Shown here piece by piece: positions 9,009-17,493 of a stretch of 64,000 nt of DNA; position 1 is the first letter of the stretch; every line of letters starts with the position of its first letter. Source of the DNA: Bacteroidaceae bacterium (GTDB lineage: Bacteria > Bacteroidota > Bacteroidia > Bacteroidales > Bacteroidaceae); the NCBI GenBank assembly GCA_045220575.1, contig JBGUVX010000032.1, positions 4,055 through 68,054 of the forward strand. Direction: 5' to 3'. The notes below the pieces were generated by a model, which was given only the letters and a program-made list of their open reading frames with translations, ran no database searches and was not told the origin of the DNA. The position numbers were made by a program, and so were the translations under genes.

Positions 9009-9035
9009 ATAAATAATCATGGAATAGCGTGCATG

Positions 9036-9079
9036 ATGATGTTAAAATTTGCAGTCACGCAAACATTTTTTAACATCAT
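9036..9079. repeat. Perfect 12-bp inverted repeat (ATGATGTTAAAA / TTTTAACATCAT) with a 20-nt loop
   Basis: Read directly from the sequence. It lies upstream of the operon promoter in the divergent 8970-9440 spacer. Confidence 0.8.
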
Positions 9080-9092
9080 ACCGTAAAATTCT

Positions 9093-9241
9093 CATTACAG
9101 ATTACAATTACAGTTAGGGTAGAGGCGTTTTGAAACTTGTTACTTACAATCTTTAATCTATTATATTTATTATATATTAATATATAATAACCATCTGTAT
9201 TCATTTTTCTGAAAACCTATCTGTAATCTGTAATTGTAATG
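9093..9241. mobile_element. MITE-like unit: 21-bp heptamer-word terminal inverted repeats around an AT-rich core
   Basis: Left arm CATTACAGATTACAATTACAG (9093-9113) and right arm CTGTAATCTGTAATTGTAATG (9221-9241) are 19/21 complementary. The core contains the perfect 18-bp palindrome TTATATATTAATATATAA (9170-9187). Confidence 0.6.
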
Positions 9242-9260
9242 GCTTGTGTACTTACGCCCA

Positions 9261-9334
9261 TAGGTTCGTGAACTTGTTGTCGTAGGTTCGTGAACCTTCC
9301 CTTTCAACGTGCACAAGTGTCGTATCTTCAATCA
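9261..9334. repeat. 22-bp phased units: 2x TAGGTTCGTGAAC followed by an ACGTG/GTGTCGTATC unit
   Basis: Copies at 9261-9273 and 9283-9295. The next unit is CAACGTGCACAAGTGTCGTATCTTCAA. Compare 52040-52061 (CGACGTGTCGTATCCTTCGAAG) and 52216 (CAACGTGTCGC). Confidence 0.7.
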
Positions 9335-9385
9335 TGGTGCTTGTATTTTTATGCGCTGAAATTTGCGTTTTCGCTCAGTTTGCAC

Positions 9386-9393
9386 TACCTTTG
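9386..9393 (+). promoter_or_regulatory. -7 box TACCTTTG for the SGNH hydrolase gene
   Basis: Matches TAnnTTTG, with a TTTG at 9362-9365 (20-nt spacer, -33-like). The ATG is at 9441. Confidence 0.6.
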
Positions 9394-9440
9394 ACCTGCA
9401 GAAACGATGTAACTAACCATTAATACTAATAACAAAGGAC

Positions 9441-10142
9441 ATGAAAAGACTGAGAATGGCAGGAATGACTCTCCTGCTTTGGATGGTGAGTGCTAACGGA
9501 GTGTGGGCGCAGAAGCACGACTTTGCCAACTGGAAGCGCTATGCCCAGCAAAATCAGGAACTGGGGGCCCCGAAGAAGGGCGAGAAGCGCGTGGTGCTGA
9601 TGGGTAACTCCATCACCGACGGATGGCCCGGAAAGCGCCCAGAGTTCTTCAAGGACAACGACCTCATCGGACGCGGCATAGGCGGACAGACGAGCTACCA
9701 GTTCCTGCTGCGATTCCGCGAGGATGTCATCAACCTGCAGCCCAAGGTGGTAGTCATCAACTACGGCACGAACGACATTGCCGAGAACACGGGAGCCTAC
9801 GACGAGGACCTGACCTTCGGCAACGTGCTGTCGATGGTGGAACTGGCCCGCTACCACAAGTGCAAGGTCATACTCACCAGTTGCCTGCCCGCCGCAGGGT
9901 TCTGCTGGCGCACCGAAATCAAGGATGCGATGGAGAAAATACGCCACCTGAACGAGCGCGTGAAGGCCTACGCCAAGGAGAACAAGATTCCGTATGTCGA
10001 CTATTTCAGTGCCTTGGTGAGCGAGGACGGTAGCGGCATGAAGCCCGAACTGGGCGAGGACACGCCTGCCGTGCACCCCAACAAGGACGGCTACGCTGTC
10101 ATGGAGAGCCTGCTGCTCCCCGTCATCGAAAAACTGCGTTAA
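9441..10142 (+). CDS. Secreted SGNH/GDSL-family hydrolase
   Basis: Signal peptide, then VVLMGNSITDGW (block I GDS-like), GIGGQTS, and NYGTNDIAE (block III). 233 aa. Confidence 0.85.
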   Translation: MKRLRMAGMTLLLWMVSANGVWAQKHDFANWKRYAQQNQELGAPKKGEKRVVLMGNSITDGWPGKRPEFFKDNDLIGRGIGGQTSYQFLLRFREDVINLQPKVVVINYGTNDIAENTGAYDEDLTFGNVLSMVELARYHKCKVILTSCLPAAGFCWRTEIKDAMEKIRHLNERVKAYAKENKIPYVDYFSALVSEDGSGMKPELGEDTPAVHPNKDGYAVMESLLLPVIEKLR

Positions 10143-11302
10143 AGCAGGCGCTGGATTTCCTCTTCCAGATTCCCAAGGAACTCCATGCGCCCCACGAGAT
10201 TGGAGCCGCGGTCGACGAGGAACCACGTGGGCAGCGTCTGCAGGTTGTAGATACTGACAATGTCGTTCTGCAGCCCCTCGCTGTCCCACACGCAAACCCA
10301 AGGCAGGGTTTCCGAGACGGTCTTCCAGTAGTGTTCGTCGCCGTCGAGCGACACCTGGTAAATCTCCAGTCCGAGGGCATGATATTTGCTATACAACTGT
10401 CGCAGGGCCAAGGTACGGTCCTGCGACCCTTTTATGCTGTAGGCCGTAAAGTCGAGGAGCACCACCTGACCCTTCAGGTCTGACAGACGGCGTTCGCGAC
10501 CCGCACAGTCGGGAAAGCCCATGTCGATGATGCCCGTTTCCGACACCTTCGCGTTGTCCATATCTATCTCCAGCACCTTCTGGCGCGTGTTGGCACGGCC
10601 CTGCAGGGCAATGTTGCGCAGGTTCTCGCCGCGCTGGCTGCCTGGATAGAGCAATTCCCATGAGTTGGCCAAGGCCGTGAACCACGTCACGTCGCCCGGG
10701 TCGCTCACGGGGTTGAACACCATCTGCTCGCCCACCATCTGGAACATGGCGTAGTACGACGAAGCCGCCCCGTAGCGGTTCTGGATGAAACGCAGCTTCA
10801 CGTCCGTCTTGTAGGCATCGATGAGCCGCTGTATCTGCTCCTCGCGCTCCGTGAGCATCAGTCCGCGGTCGTCGGCCACGCGCCGAACCTGCTGCACCAG
10901 CGTGTCCAGTTTCAGCGCCAGAAGGCGGATGGTGTCGCAGTTGCCGCTGCCGCTCACCTGATAGCCCAGGGCCATCTGTGGCAGGCGGGCCTCCACGCGC
11001 ACCGTCTCCGTAGAGTCGATGCTCAGGTTCACCACCTGCATGCCGATGCGCAAGCGGTAGAACTCGGGATTCGAGGGACGCGGGCCGTGGAGCGAGAAAT
11101 CGCCCGTTTCATCGAGCTTTACGCTGTCGAGCCCCACCACGCCGTCGGCCAGCGACAAGTGCTCCAGATAAAGCATCGTGTCCTGCGCCTCGGCGATGCA
11201 GCCCTCTACGGTGAACTGCTCCCCCTTCTCCCTGCAGGCGGAAAAGAAGATGAGTACAAAACCAAAGGCTACGAATAAGAAAAGCGGTCGTTTCATTGTC
11301 AT
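10139..11302 (-). CDS. TlpA-like thioredoxin-fold lipoprotein (AhpC/TSA-type C-terminal domain)
   Basis: Lipoprotein signal (LIFFSAC), an N-terminal beta-rich domain and a C-terminal thioredoxin-like region (GQVVLLDFTAYS...LPTWFLVDRGSNLV). The alternative ATG at 11296 is equally possible. Confidence 0.7.
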   Translation of the reverse strand: MTMKRPLFLFVAFGFVLIFFSACREKGEQFTVEGCIAEAQDTMLYLEHLSLADGVVGLDSVKLDETGDFSLHGPRPSNPEFYRLRIGMQVVNLSIDSTETVRVEARLPQMALGYQVSGSGNCDTIRLLALKLDTLVQQVRRVADDRGLMLTEREEQIQRLIDAYKTDVKLRFIQNRYGAASSYYAMFQMVGEQMVFNPVSDPGDVTWFTALANSWELLYPGSQRGENLRNIALQGRANTRQKVLEIDMDNAKVSETGIIDMGFPDCAGRERRLSDLKGQVVLLDFTAYSIKGSQDRTLALRQLYSKYHALGLEIYQVSLDGDEHYWKTVSETLPWVCVWDSEGLQNDIVSIYNLQTLPTWFLVDRGSNLVGRMEFLGNLEEEIQRLL

Positions 11303-11319
11303 TTCGTCGTTTTATCAGG

Positions 11320-11327
11320 CAAAAGTA
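11320..11327 (-). promoter_or_regulatory. -7 box TACTTTTG for the TlpA-like gene
   Basis: Reverse complement of CAAAAGTA; 18 nt upstream of the ATG at 11302. Confidence 0.5.
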
Positions 11328-11350
11328 CGAATTTATTCAAAAATATTTTG

Positions 11351-11358
11351 TATCTTTG
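11351..11358 (+). promoter_or_regulatory. -7 box TATCTTTG for pnp
   Basis: Perfect TAnnTTTG; 57 nt upstream of the ATG at 11415. Confidence 0.6.
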
Positions 11359-11414
11359 CGCGACTTTTCGAAAGGAAGGCCACTATTTATACACTTTTTA
11401 TACACAAAACTTAG

Positions 11415-13697
11415 ATGAACGTTATTACAAAGACAGTCGAGTTGCCTGATGGAAGAACCATCAGCATCGAGACCGGGAAACTGGCGAAACAAGCCGATGG
11501 AGCCGTCATGCTGCGCATGAACAACACTATGCTCCTGGCCACTGTTTGCGCCGCCAAAGATGCCGTTCCCGGAACAGATTTCATGCCCTTGCAGGTAGAG
11601 TACAGAGAAAAGTATTCCGCAGCTGGAAGATTCCCAGGCGGATTCACGAAGCGCGAGGGTAAGGCTAACGACGACGAGATTCTCACCTGTCGTCTGGTGG
11701 ACCGCGCACTGCGTCCCCTCTTCCCCAGCAACTATCATGCTGAGGTCTACGTGAATGTAATCCTCTTCTCCGCCGATGGCGTGGACATGCCCGATGCACT
11801 GGCCGGTTTTGCCGCCTCTGCTGCTCTGGCTGCCAGCGATATACCCTTCGAGGGCCCCATCTCCGAAGTACGCGTCGCCCGAATCAACGGCGAGTTTGTC
11901 ATCAACCCCACCTTCGAGCAACTGAAGCAGGCCGACATGGACCTGATGGTAGGTGCCACCGAAGAGAACATCATGATGGTTGAGGGTGAGATGAAGGAAG
12001 TGCAGGAGAGCGATCTCCTGGCCGCACTGAAGGCTGCCCACGAGGCCATCAAGCCCATGTGCCGCCTGCAGAAGGAACTCAGCAAGGAACTGGGTACCGA
12101 CGTCAAGCGCGAGTATTGCCACGAGGTCAATGACGAGGAACTGCGCGAGCAGGTGAAGAACGAATGCTACCAGCCCGCCTACGACGTTACGAAGCAGGCT
12201 CTGGAGAAGCACGCCCGTGCCGAGGCCTTCGAGAAGATTCGCGAGGACTTCAAGGTGCGCTACGCCGAGGCTCACGCCGACATGGCTGCCGAGGAACTGG
12301 AAGAGAAGAACGCACTCATCGACCGCTACTACCACGACGTAGAGCGCGATGCCATGCGCCGCTGCGTGCTGGACGAGGGTATCCGTCTCGACGGTCGTAA
12401 GACCACCGACATCCGTCCCATCTGGTGCGAGGCAGGCCCCCTGCCCATGCCCCACGGAAGTGCCATCTTCACCCGTGGCGAGACTCAGTCGCTGAGCACC
12501 ACCACCCTGGGCACGAAACTCGACGAGAAACTGGTGGACGACGTACTCGACAAGAGCTACATGCGTTTCCTCCTTCACTATAACTTCCCTCCCTTCTCAA
12601 CAGGCGAGGCAAAGGCACAGCGCGGCGTAGGCCGTCGTGAAATCGGTCACGGCCACTTGGCTTGGCGCGGTCTGAAGGGCCAGATTCCTGAGGACTACCC
12701 CTACACCATCCGCGTGGTGAGCGACATCCTGGAGTCCAACGGTTCCTCTTCTATGGCCACCGTTTGCGCAGGCTGCCTCAGCTTGATGGATGCTGGTGTG
12801 CCCCTGAAGGCCCCCGTCAGCGGTATCGCCATGGGACTCATCAAGAACCCCGGCGAAGACAAGTACGCCGTGCTCTCTGACATCCTCGGCGACGAGGATC
12901 ACTTGGGCGACATGGACTTCAAGACCACAGGTACTCCCAAGGGCCTGACCGCCACCCAGATGGACATCAAGTGCGACGGCCTCAGCTACGAGATTCTGGA
13001 GAAGGCCCTGATGCAGGCCAAGGCAGGCCGCGAGCACATCCTGGCCGAGATGCTGAAGACCCTGCCCGCTCCACGTCCCGAACTGAAGCCTCACGTACCA
13101 CGCATCGAGCAAATCATCATCCCGAAGGAATTCATCGGAGCCGTCATCGGCCCGGGTGGAAAGATTATCCAGGGAATGCAGGAAGAGACTGGTGCCGTCA
13201 TCACCATCGACGAGGAAGACGGCGTAGGCAAGGTGCAGGTTTGCGCCTCCAACAAGGAGAGCATCGATGCTGCACTGGCCAAGATTCGCGCCATCGTTGC
13301 CCTGCCCGAGGTTGGTGAGGTTTACGAAGGCGAGGTTCGCAGCATCATGCCCTACGGAGCATTCGTAGAGTTCATGCCCGGCAAGGACGGTCTGCTCCAC
13401 ATCAGCGAAATCGACTGGAAGCGCCTTGAGACCGTCGAAGAGGCAGGCCTGAAGGAAGGCGACAAGATTCAGGTGAAGCTCATCGACATCGACGAGAAGA
13501 CCGGCAAGTTCAAGCTCAGCCGCCGCGCCCTCATGGAGAAGCCCGAAGGCTATGTTGAGCGCGAGCGTCGTCCCCGTCCCGAACGTGGAGAGCGCCGCGA
13601 GCGTGCCGAAGGCGAACGCCGTGAACGCCGCGACAGAGGCGAGCGTCGTCCCCGTCCAGAACGTGGCGAGCACAACGAGCACAAGAGCGAAGAGTAA
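11415..13697 (+). CDS. pnp: Polyribonucleotide nucleotidyltransferase (PNPase)
   Basis: 760 aa with two RNase PH-like domains, KH ([18 protein letters not shown]) and S1 ([20 protein letters not shown]) domains, and a basic ERR-repeat tail. Confidence 0.97.
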   Translation: MNVITKTVELPDGRTISIETGKLAKQADGAVMLRMNNTMLLATVCAAKDAVPGTDFMPLQVEYREKYSAAGRFPGGFTKREGKANDDEILTCRLVDRALRPLFPSNYHAEVYVNVILFSADGVDMPDALAGFAASAALAASDIPFEGPISEVRVARINGEFVINPTFEQLKQADMDLMVGATEENIMMVEGEMKEVQESDLLAALKAAHEAIKPMCRLQKELSKELGTDVKREYCHEVNDEELREQVKNECYQPAYDVTKQALEKHARAEAFEKIREDFKVRYAEAHADMAAEELEEKNALIDRYYHDVERDAMRRCVLDEGIRLDGRKTTDIRPIWCEAGPLPMPHGSAIFTRGETQSLSTTTLGTKLDEKLVDDVLDKSYMRFLLHYNFPPFSTGEAKAQRGVGRREIGHGHLAWRGLKGQIPEDYPYTIRVVSDILESNGSSSMATVCAGCLSLMDAGVPLKAPVSGIAMGLIKNPGEDKYAVLSDILGDEDHLGDMDFKTTGTPKGLTATQMDIKCDGLSYEILEKALMQAKAGREHILAEMLKTLPAPRPELKPHVPRIEQIIIPKEFIGAVIGPGGKIIQGMQEETGAVITIDEEDGVGKVQVCASNKESIDAALAKIRAIVALPEVGEVYEGEVRSIMPYGAFVEFMPGKDGLLHISEIDWKRLETVEEAGLKEGDKIQVKLIDIDEKTGKFKLSRRALMEKPEGYVERERRPRPERGERRERAEGERRERRDRGERRPRPERGEHNEHKSEE

Positions 13698-13720
13698 TCC
13701 TTCGCCCCATCCATAAATTA

Positions 13721-13756
13721 AGCGCCGCAGCCCATCAAGGTCGCGGCGCTTTTCTT
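13721..13756. terminator. Bidirectional intrinsic terminator between convergent pnp and the fumarate hydratase gene
   Basis: AGCGCCGC (13721-13728) pairs with GCGGCGCT (13743-13750), followed by TTTCTTT. Confidence 0.75.
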
Positions 13757-13797
13757 TAGACTATAACTTCGTCGAGCTTACTCGCAGGTTTCGATTA

Positions 13798-15438
13798 TCA
13801 ATTCAGGATGGTGCAGCCGGCGCAGGGCTTGAGCTGCTTAAAGAAGTCGTTGCCCTTGTCGTCGACGAGGATGAAGGCGGGGAAGTCCTCGACCTCGATC
13901 TTCCAGATGGCTTCCATGCCGAGTTCGGGATACTCGACGCACTCGATGGACTTAATGTTGTTCTGGGCAAGGATGGCAGCGGGACCGCCGATGGAACCCA
14001 GATAGAAGCCGCCGTGCTTCTTGCAGGCATCGGTGACATCCTGCGAACGGTTGCCCTTGGCAAGCATAATCATCGAGCCGCCGTGGTCTTGGAACTCGTT
14101 GACGTAGGGGTCCATGCGACCTGCTGTGGTGGGACCCATAGAGCCGCAAGCCATGCCCGCAGGAGTCTTGGCTGGTCCAGCGTAGTAGATGGGATGATCC
14201 TTGAGGTACTGGGGCATGCCTTCGCCAGCATCGAGGCGCGCCTTAATCTTAGCGTGAGCAATGTCGCGGCCCACGATGATGGTGCCGTTCAACGAGAGGC
14301 GGGTGCTTACGGGGTACTGCGAGAGCTGCTTGCAGACCTCCGACATGGGGCGGTTCAGGTCCACGCGAACCACCTCGCCCTCGCCTGCTTTGCGCAGTTC
14401 TGCAGGGATGAGTTCGTAGGGTTTGTCGTCCATCTTCTCAATCCAGATGCCGTCCTTGTTAATCTTGGCCTTGATGTTGCGGTCGGCAGAGCAGCTTACA
14501 CCCAAGCCGATGGGGCACGAGGCACCATGACGGGGCAGACGAACCACGCGAACGTCGTGAGCCATGTACTTGCCGCCGAACTGGGCACCGAGTCCAATCT
14601 TGTAGGCCTCCTGCAGGAGTTCCTTCTCCAGCTCAACGTCGCGGAAGGCACGACCTGTCTCGTCGCCCGTTGTGGGCAGGCTGTCGTAGTAGTGCGTCGA
14701 GGCAAGTTTCACCGTCAGCAGATTCTTCTCGGCACTGGTACCGCCGATGACGATGGCGATGTGATAGGGAGGACAGGCAGCGGTGCCGAGGCTCTTCATC
14801 TTCTCCACGAGGAAGGGGATGAGCGTGCCGCGATTCTGGATGCGGGCCTTGGTCTCCTGATAGAGGTAGGTCTTGTTGGCAGAACCGCCACCCTTGGTAA
14901 CCATGAGGAAGCGGTATTCCATACCCTCGGCAGCCTCAAGGTCGATCTGTGCGGGCAGGTTGCACTTGGTGTTCACTTCGTCGAACATAGTGAGCGGAGC
15001 ATTCTGACTGTAGCGCAGGTTGTCCTCAGTGTAGGTCTCGAAAACGCCCTTCGACAGCGCCTCTTCATCGCAGAAGCCCGTCCATACCTGCTGGCCCTTC
15101 TCGCCATGAATAATGGCAGTACCGGTGTCCTGACACAGGGGAAGCTGTCCCTTGCAAGCCACCTCGGCATTGCGCAGGAAGGTGAGTGCCACATACTTGT
15201 CGTTCTCACTGGCCTCTGGGTCGCGCAGAATCTTGGCTACCTGCTCGTTGTGGCTGCGGCGCAGCATGAAGCTGACATCGTGGAAAGCCTGCTTCGACAT
15301 CATGGTCAGCGCCTCGGGGCTTACCTTCAGGATGGGGTGTCCCTCGAATTCGCTCACGCTAACTCCCTCCTTCGAAAGGAGGTAATACTCGGTCTCGTCT
15401 TTGCCCAACTGGAACATGGGCGCATACTTGAATTCCAT
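13798..15438 (-). CDS. fumB: Class I (Fe-S) fumarate hydratase
   Basis: 546 aa. [21 protein letters not shown]..., CQDTGTAII and GGTSAE motifs are typical of FumA/FumB-type hydratases. Confidence 0.9.
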   Translation of the reverse strand: MEFKYAPMFQLGKDETEYYLLSKEGVSVSEFEGHPILKVSPEALTMMSKQAFHDVSFMLRRSHNEQVAKILRDPEASENDKYVALTFLRNAEVACKGQLPLCQDTGTAIIHGEKGQQVWTGFCDEEALSKGVFETYTEDNLRYSQNAPLTMFDEVNTKCNLPAQIDLEAAEGMEYRFLMVTKGGGSANKTYLYQETKARIQNRGTLIPFLVEKMKSLGTAACPPYHIAIVIGGTSAEKNLLTVKLASTHYYDSLPTTGDETGRAFRDVELEKELLQEAYKIGLGAQFGGKYMAHDVRVVRLPRHGASCPIGLGVSCSADRNIKAKINKDGIWIEKMDDKPYELIPAELRKAGEGEVVRVDLNRPMSEVCKQLSQYPVSTRLSLNGTIIVGRDIAHAKIKARLDAGEGMPQYLKDHPIYYAGPAKTPAGMACGSMGPTTAGRMDPYVNEFQDHGGSMIMLAKGNRSQDVTDACKKHGGFYLGSIGGPAAILAQNNIKSIECVEYPELGMEAIWKIEVEDFPAFILVDDKGNDFFKQLKPCAGCTILN

Positions 15439-15441
15439 ATG

Positions 15442-15539
15442 TAAAGTTTAAAGTTTATGGTTTAGAGTTTAGAGGCTTGGTTTTTCAATTTTCACTTCTC
15501 ACTTCTCAATCTTCAATTTTCAATCTTCAATTATTTAAT
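15442..15539. repeat. Heptamer-phased tract (14 words)
   Basis: TAAAGTT TAAAGTT TATGGTT TAGAGTT TAGAGGC TTGGTTT TTCAATT TTCACTT CTCACTT CTCAATC TTCAATT TTCAATC TTCAATT ATTTAAT. It fills the spacer between the stop at 15531 and the fumarate hydratase start at 15438. Confidence 0.85.
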
Positions 15540-15938
15540 GTCCTTGAGGCGGAGGAGGCTGTCAGGGTCTATGCCTTCCTGAATGAGAGCCTCGCGCAAC
15601 AGTTCGTTGTTCGACTTTATGTGCTCGTATTCCCACAGCTTCTTGGCAATCTTCTTGCGACGACGTTCCTCCTTACGTTGCTTTACGGCAAAGGGGTGCA
15701 TAATCATGTCTGTTGCCTTCTTTCCAATGAGGTCGCTCAGCCGCGGCACACGGGGAGTCTGCTCCTTGGTCTGCGGGTTGACGAAAATAGGCAGGCGGCG
15801 GTCCTTCGTTACTATGACCTCGCGCATCTTCACGCCCTGCAACGTAGTGTCGGGATTGAGCGTATCTTTCTTCTCGCTCTGTGCCCACACATAATGGGCG
15901 CATAAAACGAGCGTTATAAGCAGTAATATGCGTTTCAT
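15531..15938 (-). CDS. Small secreted basic hypothetical protein
   Basis: 135 aa with a signal peptide (LLLITLVLCAHYVWAQ) and a Lys/Arg-rich middle. No family recognised. Confidence 0.6.
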   Translation of the reverse strand: MKRILLLITLVLCAHYVWAQSEKKDTLNPDTTLQGVKMREVIVTKDRRLPIFVNPQTKEQTPRVPRLSDLIGKKATDMIMHPFAVKQRKEERRRKKIAKKLWEYEHIKSNNELLREALIQEGIDPDSLLRLKDIK

Positions 15939-15943
15939 GAACG

Positions 15944-15951
15944 CAAAGATA
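15944..15951 (-). promoter_or_regulatory. -7 box TATCTTTG for 15531-15938
   Basis: Reverse complement of CAAAGATA. It directly abuts the ATG at 15938. Confidence 0.45.
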
Positions 15952-15956
15952 CAACA

Positions 15957-15990
15957 TTAATTAAAAATTAAAAATTAAAAATTAAAAATT
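15957..15990. repeat. (AAAAATT)x4 heptamer tract
   Basis: TTAATT then four perfect AAAAATT units, located between divergent -7 boxes. Confidence 0.9.
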
Positions 15991-16005
15991 GTCGTGTTTT
16001 TAACG

Positions 16006-16013
16006 TAACTTTG
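16006..16013 (+). promoter_or_regulatory. -7 box TAACTTTG for the ATP-grasp-like operon
   Basis: Perfect TAnnTTTG, 8 nt before the ATG at 16022, which implies a very short or absent leader. Confidence 0.5.
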
Positions 16014-16021
16014 TGCTCGTT

Positions 16022-17020
16022 ATGTTACCTGCACTGTTCAATCCGTCGAACGACATGGCTCTGGCAGCAAACGTGCGCCAGTACTTTCCGCCACAACGCA
16101 TCCAGCAGATGGAGGACGACCTTGCCGACCTTTCACGATTCTGGGATTCAGGTCCTTGGGGATGGAGCTTAGCCACGAAGCAGCGCTATCACCGCATGGG
16201 CGTTCCTGCCGACCAGTTGCCAAGCGACGAATGGCTCGCCGAGGTGCGACGGCTGTCGAGTCGAGAGTTCGGGGTAGCATATTATCAGAAGTTGACCCCC
16301 CTCTTATCCCCCCATGATGGAGGAAGAAATCCCTTATTACCTAGTCAAGTACAATACATCAAATCCATTCCGCAGGAACTTTTTCTCTCCCCATTATGGG
16401 GGAGCAGGAGGGGGCTCATTATTAAAGCTCCCTGGTCGAGCAGCGGGCGAGGGAATATTATTATCGGCAAAGAAATTGCCGACCACGCTACATTGCAGCA
16501 CATTGAGCGAATCATACGCGAGCAGGGAGGAATAGTTGTGGAGCCGTACTATGACAATAAGGCACTGGACTTCGCGACGGAATTCGAAGTCACCGATGAC
16601 GGTACGGAATTTGTAGGGTATAGCGTATTTTATGCCGATGAAACGGGGCATTATGGTGGTAACTTAGTAAAGAGTCAGGCTGAACTACTTTCTATTATCG
16701 ACTTGCCACAGCCGCTGCTTGACGAACTCATTGCATTTCATCGTCGAGAGCTTGGCAAATTAGCATATCGCGGTCCCGTGGGAATAGACATGATGCGACT
16801 TCGCGACGGTCGAGTGCATCCTTGCGTGGAAGTGAATTTCCGCATGACCATGGGACTGTTGGCCATCCTCCTCCATCGGCAGGGTATAACCGACGACCAA
16901 CTTCTGGCCGGCCATCCCGACCAAGGATTCTCAGCCTCCATCAAACAGGGAATCCTCGTTATCGACTATAAACCATTATCGAAAAAGCAACTCCAAGAAG
17001 AACTAAACAAAAGAAAATGA
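16022..17020 (+). CDS. ATP-grasp-like hypothetical protein carrying an in-frame palindromic insertion
   Basis: The track start at 16013 is GTG and lies inside the -7 box; the ATG is at 16022. ATP-grasp-like blocks are KAPWSSSGRGNIII, IVVEPYY and GPVGIDMM...CVEVNFRMTMG. Residues LSPHDGGRN...LSPLWGSRRG are encoded by the 16295-16416 palindrome pair. Confidence 0.6.
   Translation: MLPALFNPSNDMALAANVRQYFPPQRIQQMEDDLADLSRFWDSGPWGWSLATKQRYHRMGVPADQLPSDEWLAEVRRLSSREFGVAYYQKLTPLLSPHDGGRNPLLPSQVQYIKSIPQELFLSPLWGSRRGLIIKAPWSSSGRGNIIIGKEIADHATLQHIERIIREQGGIVVEPYYDNKALDFATEFEVTDDGTEFVGYSVFYADETGHYGGNLVKSQAELLSIIDLPQPLLDELIAFHRRELGKLAYRGPVGIDMMRLRDGRVHPCVEVNFRMTMGLLAILLHRQGITDDQLLAGHPDQGFSASIKQGILVIDYKPLSKKQLQEELNKRK
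16295..16416. repeat. Cargo-less C-run/G-run palindrome pair embedded in frame in a CDS
   Basis: CCCCCCATGATGGAGG (16308-16323) and the perfect 17-bp palindrome CTCCCCATTATGGGGAG (16387-16403), followed by CAGGAGGGGGCT. Same end motifs and same order as the birA cassette. Confidence 0.7.
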
Positions 17021-17493
17021 AGAAAATTATCAATCCCTGGCGCAATCATCCCGAATACGATTGTTTCGGCTGCAGCCCCGATAACCCCATTGGACTGCAC
17101 ATGGAGTTTTACGAAGACGGCGACTACATCGTTAGTACATGGCATCCAAGCACCCACTATCAGGGTTGGGTGAATACGATGCACGGCGGCATATTGAGTA
17201 CGCTGATTGACGAAGTGTGCGGATGGGTGGTTACCCGCAAGCTGCAAACCAGCGGCTATACGGTGCAACTGACAGTTAAGTTCCGCAAGGCCATCCCGAC
17301 AACCGATCCGGAATTGACCATACGTGCCAAAGTAACGAAGCAGGTGCGGAATCTGGCCTACATCAACGCTGAGATTATCAACTCGAAGGGAGAACTCTGC
17401 AATGAAGGCGAGGCCATCTACTTCCTGATGAACGAAGAAAAGGCCAAGGAAATGGGATTCATTCGTTGCGAAGTGGAGGATAAGGATGAATAA
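17017..17493 (+). CDS. PaaI-family hotdog-fold thioesterase
   Basis: 158 aa with GCSPDNPIGLHMEF and MHGGILSTLIDEVCG motifs. ATGA overlap with the upstream gene. Confidence 0.8.
   Translation: MKKIINPWRNHPEYDCFGCSPDNPIGLHMEFYEDGDYIVSTWHPSTHYQGWVNTMHGGILSTLIDEVCGWVVTRKLQTSGYTVQLTVKFRKAIPTTDPELTIRAKVTKQVRNLAYINAEIINSKGELCNEGEAIYFLMNEEKAKEMGFIRCEVEDKDE

Noticed and set aside
9426-10301. 291-aa minus-strand ORF
   Set aside because: It is antisense to the SGNH hydrolase gene and overlaps the 3' end of the TlpA-like gene in another frame.
11337-13682. Minus-strand ORFs 11337-12578 (413 aa) and 12597-13682 (361 aa)
   Set aside because: They are antisense to pnp, whose identity is unambiguous.
14014-15444. 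476-aa + strand ORF
   Set aside because: It is antisense to the class I fumarate hydratase gene.
16314-16535. 73-aa + ORF starting at the ATG inside the first palindrome (MMEEEIPYYLV...)
   Set aside because: It is out of frame within the ATP-grasp-like gene, low-complexity, and has no nuclease motifs. The element copy here appears cargo-less.
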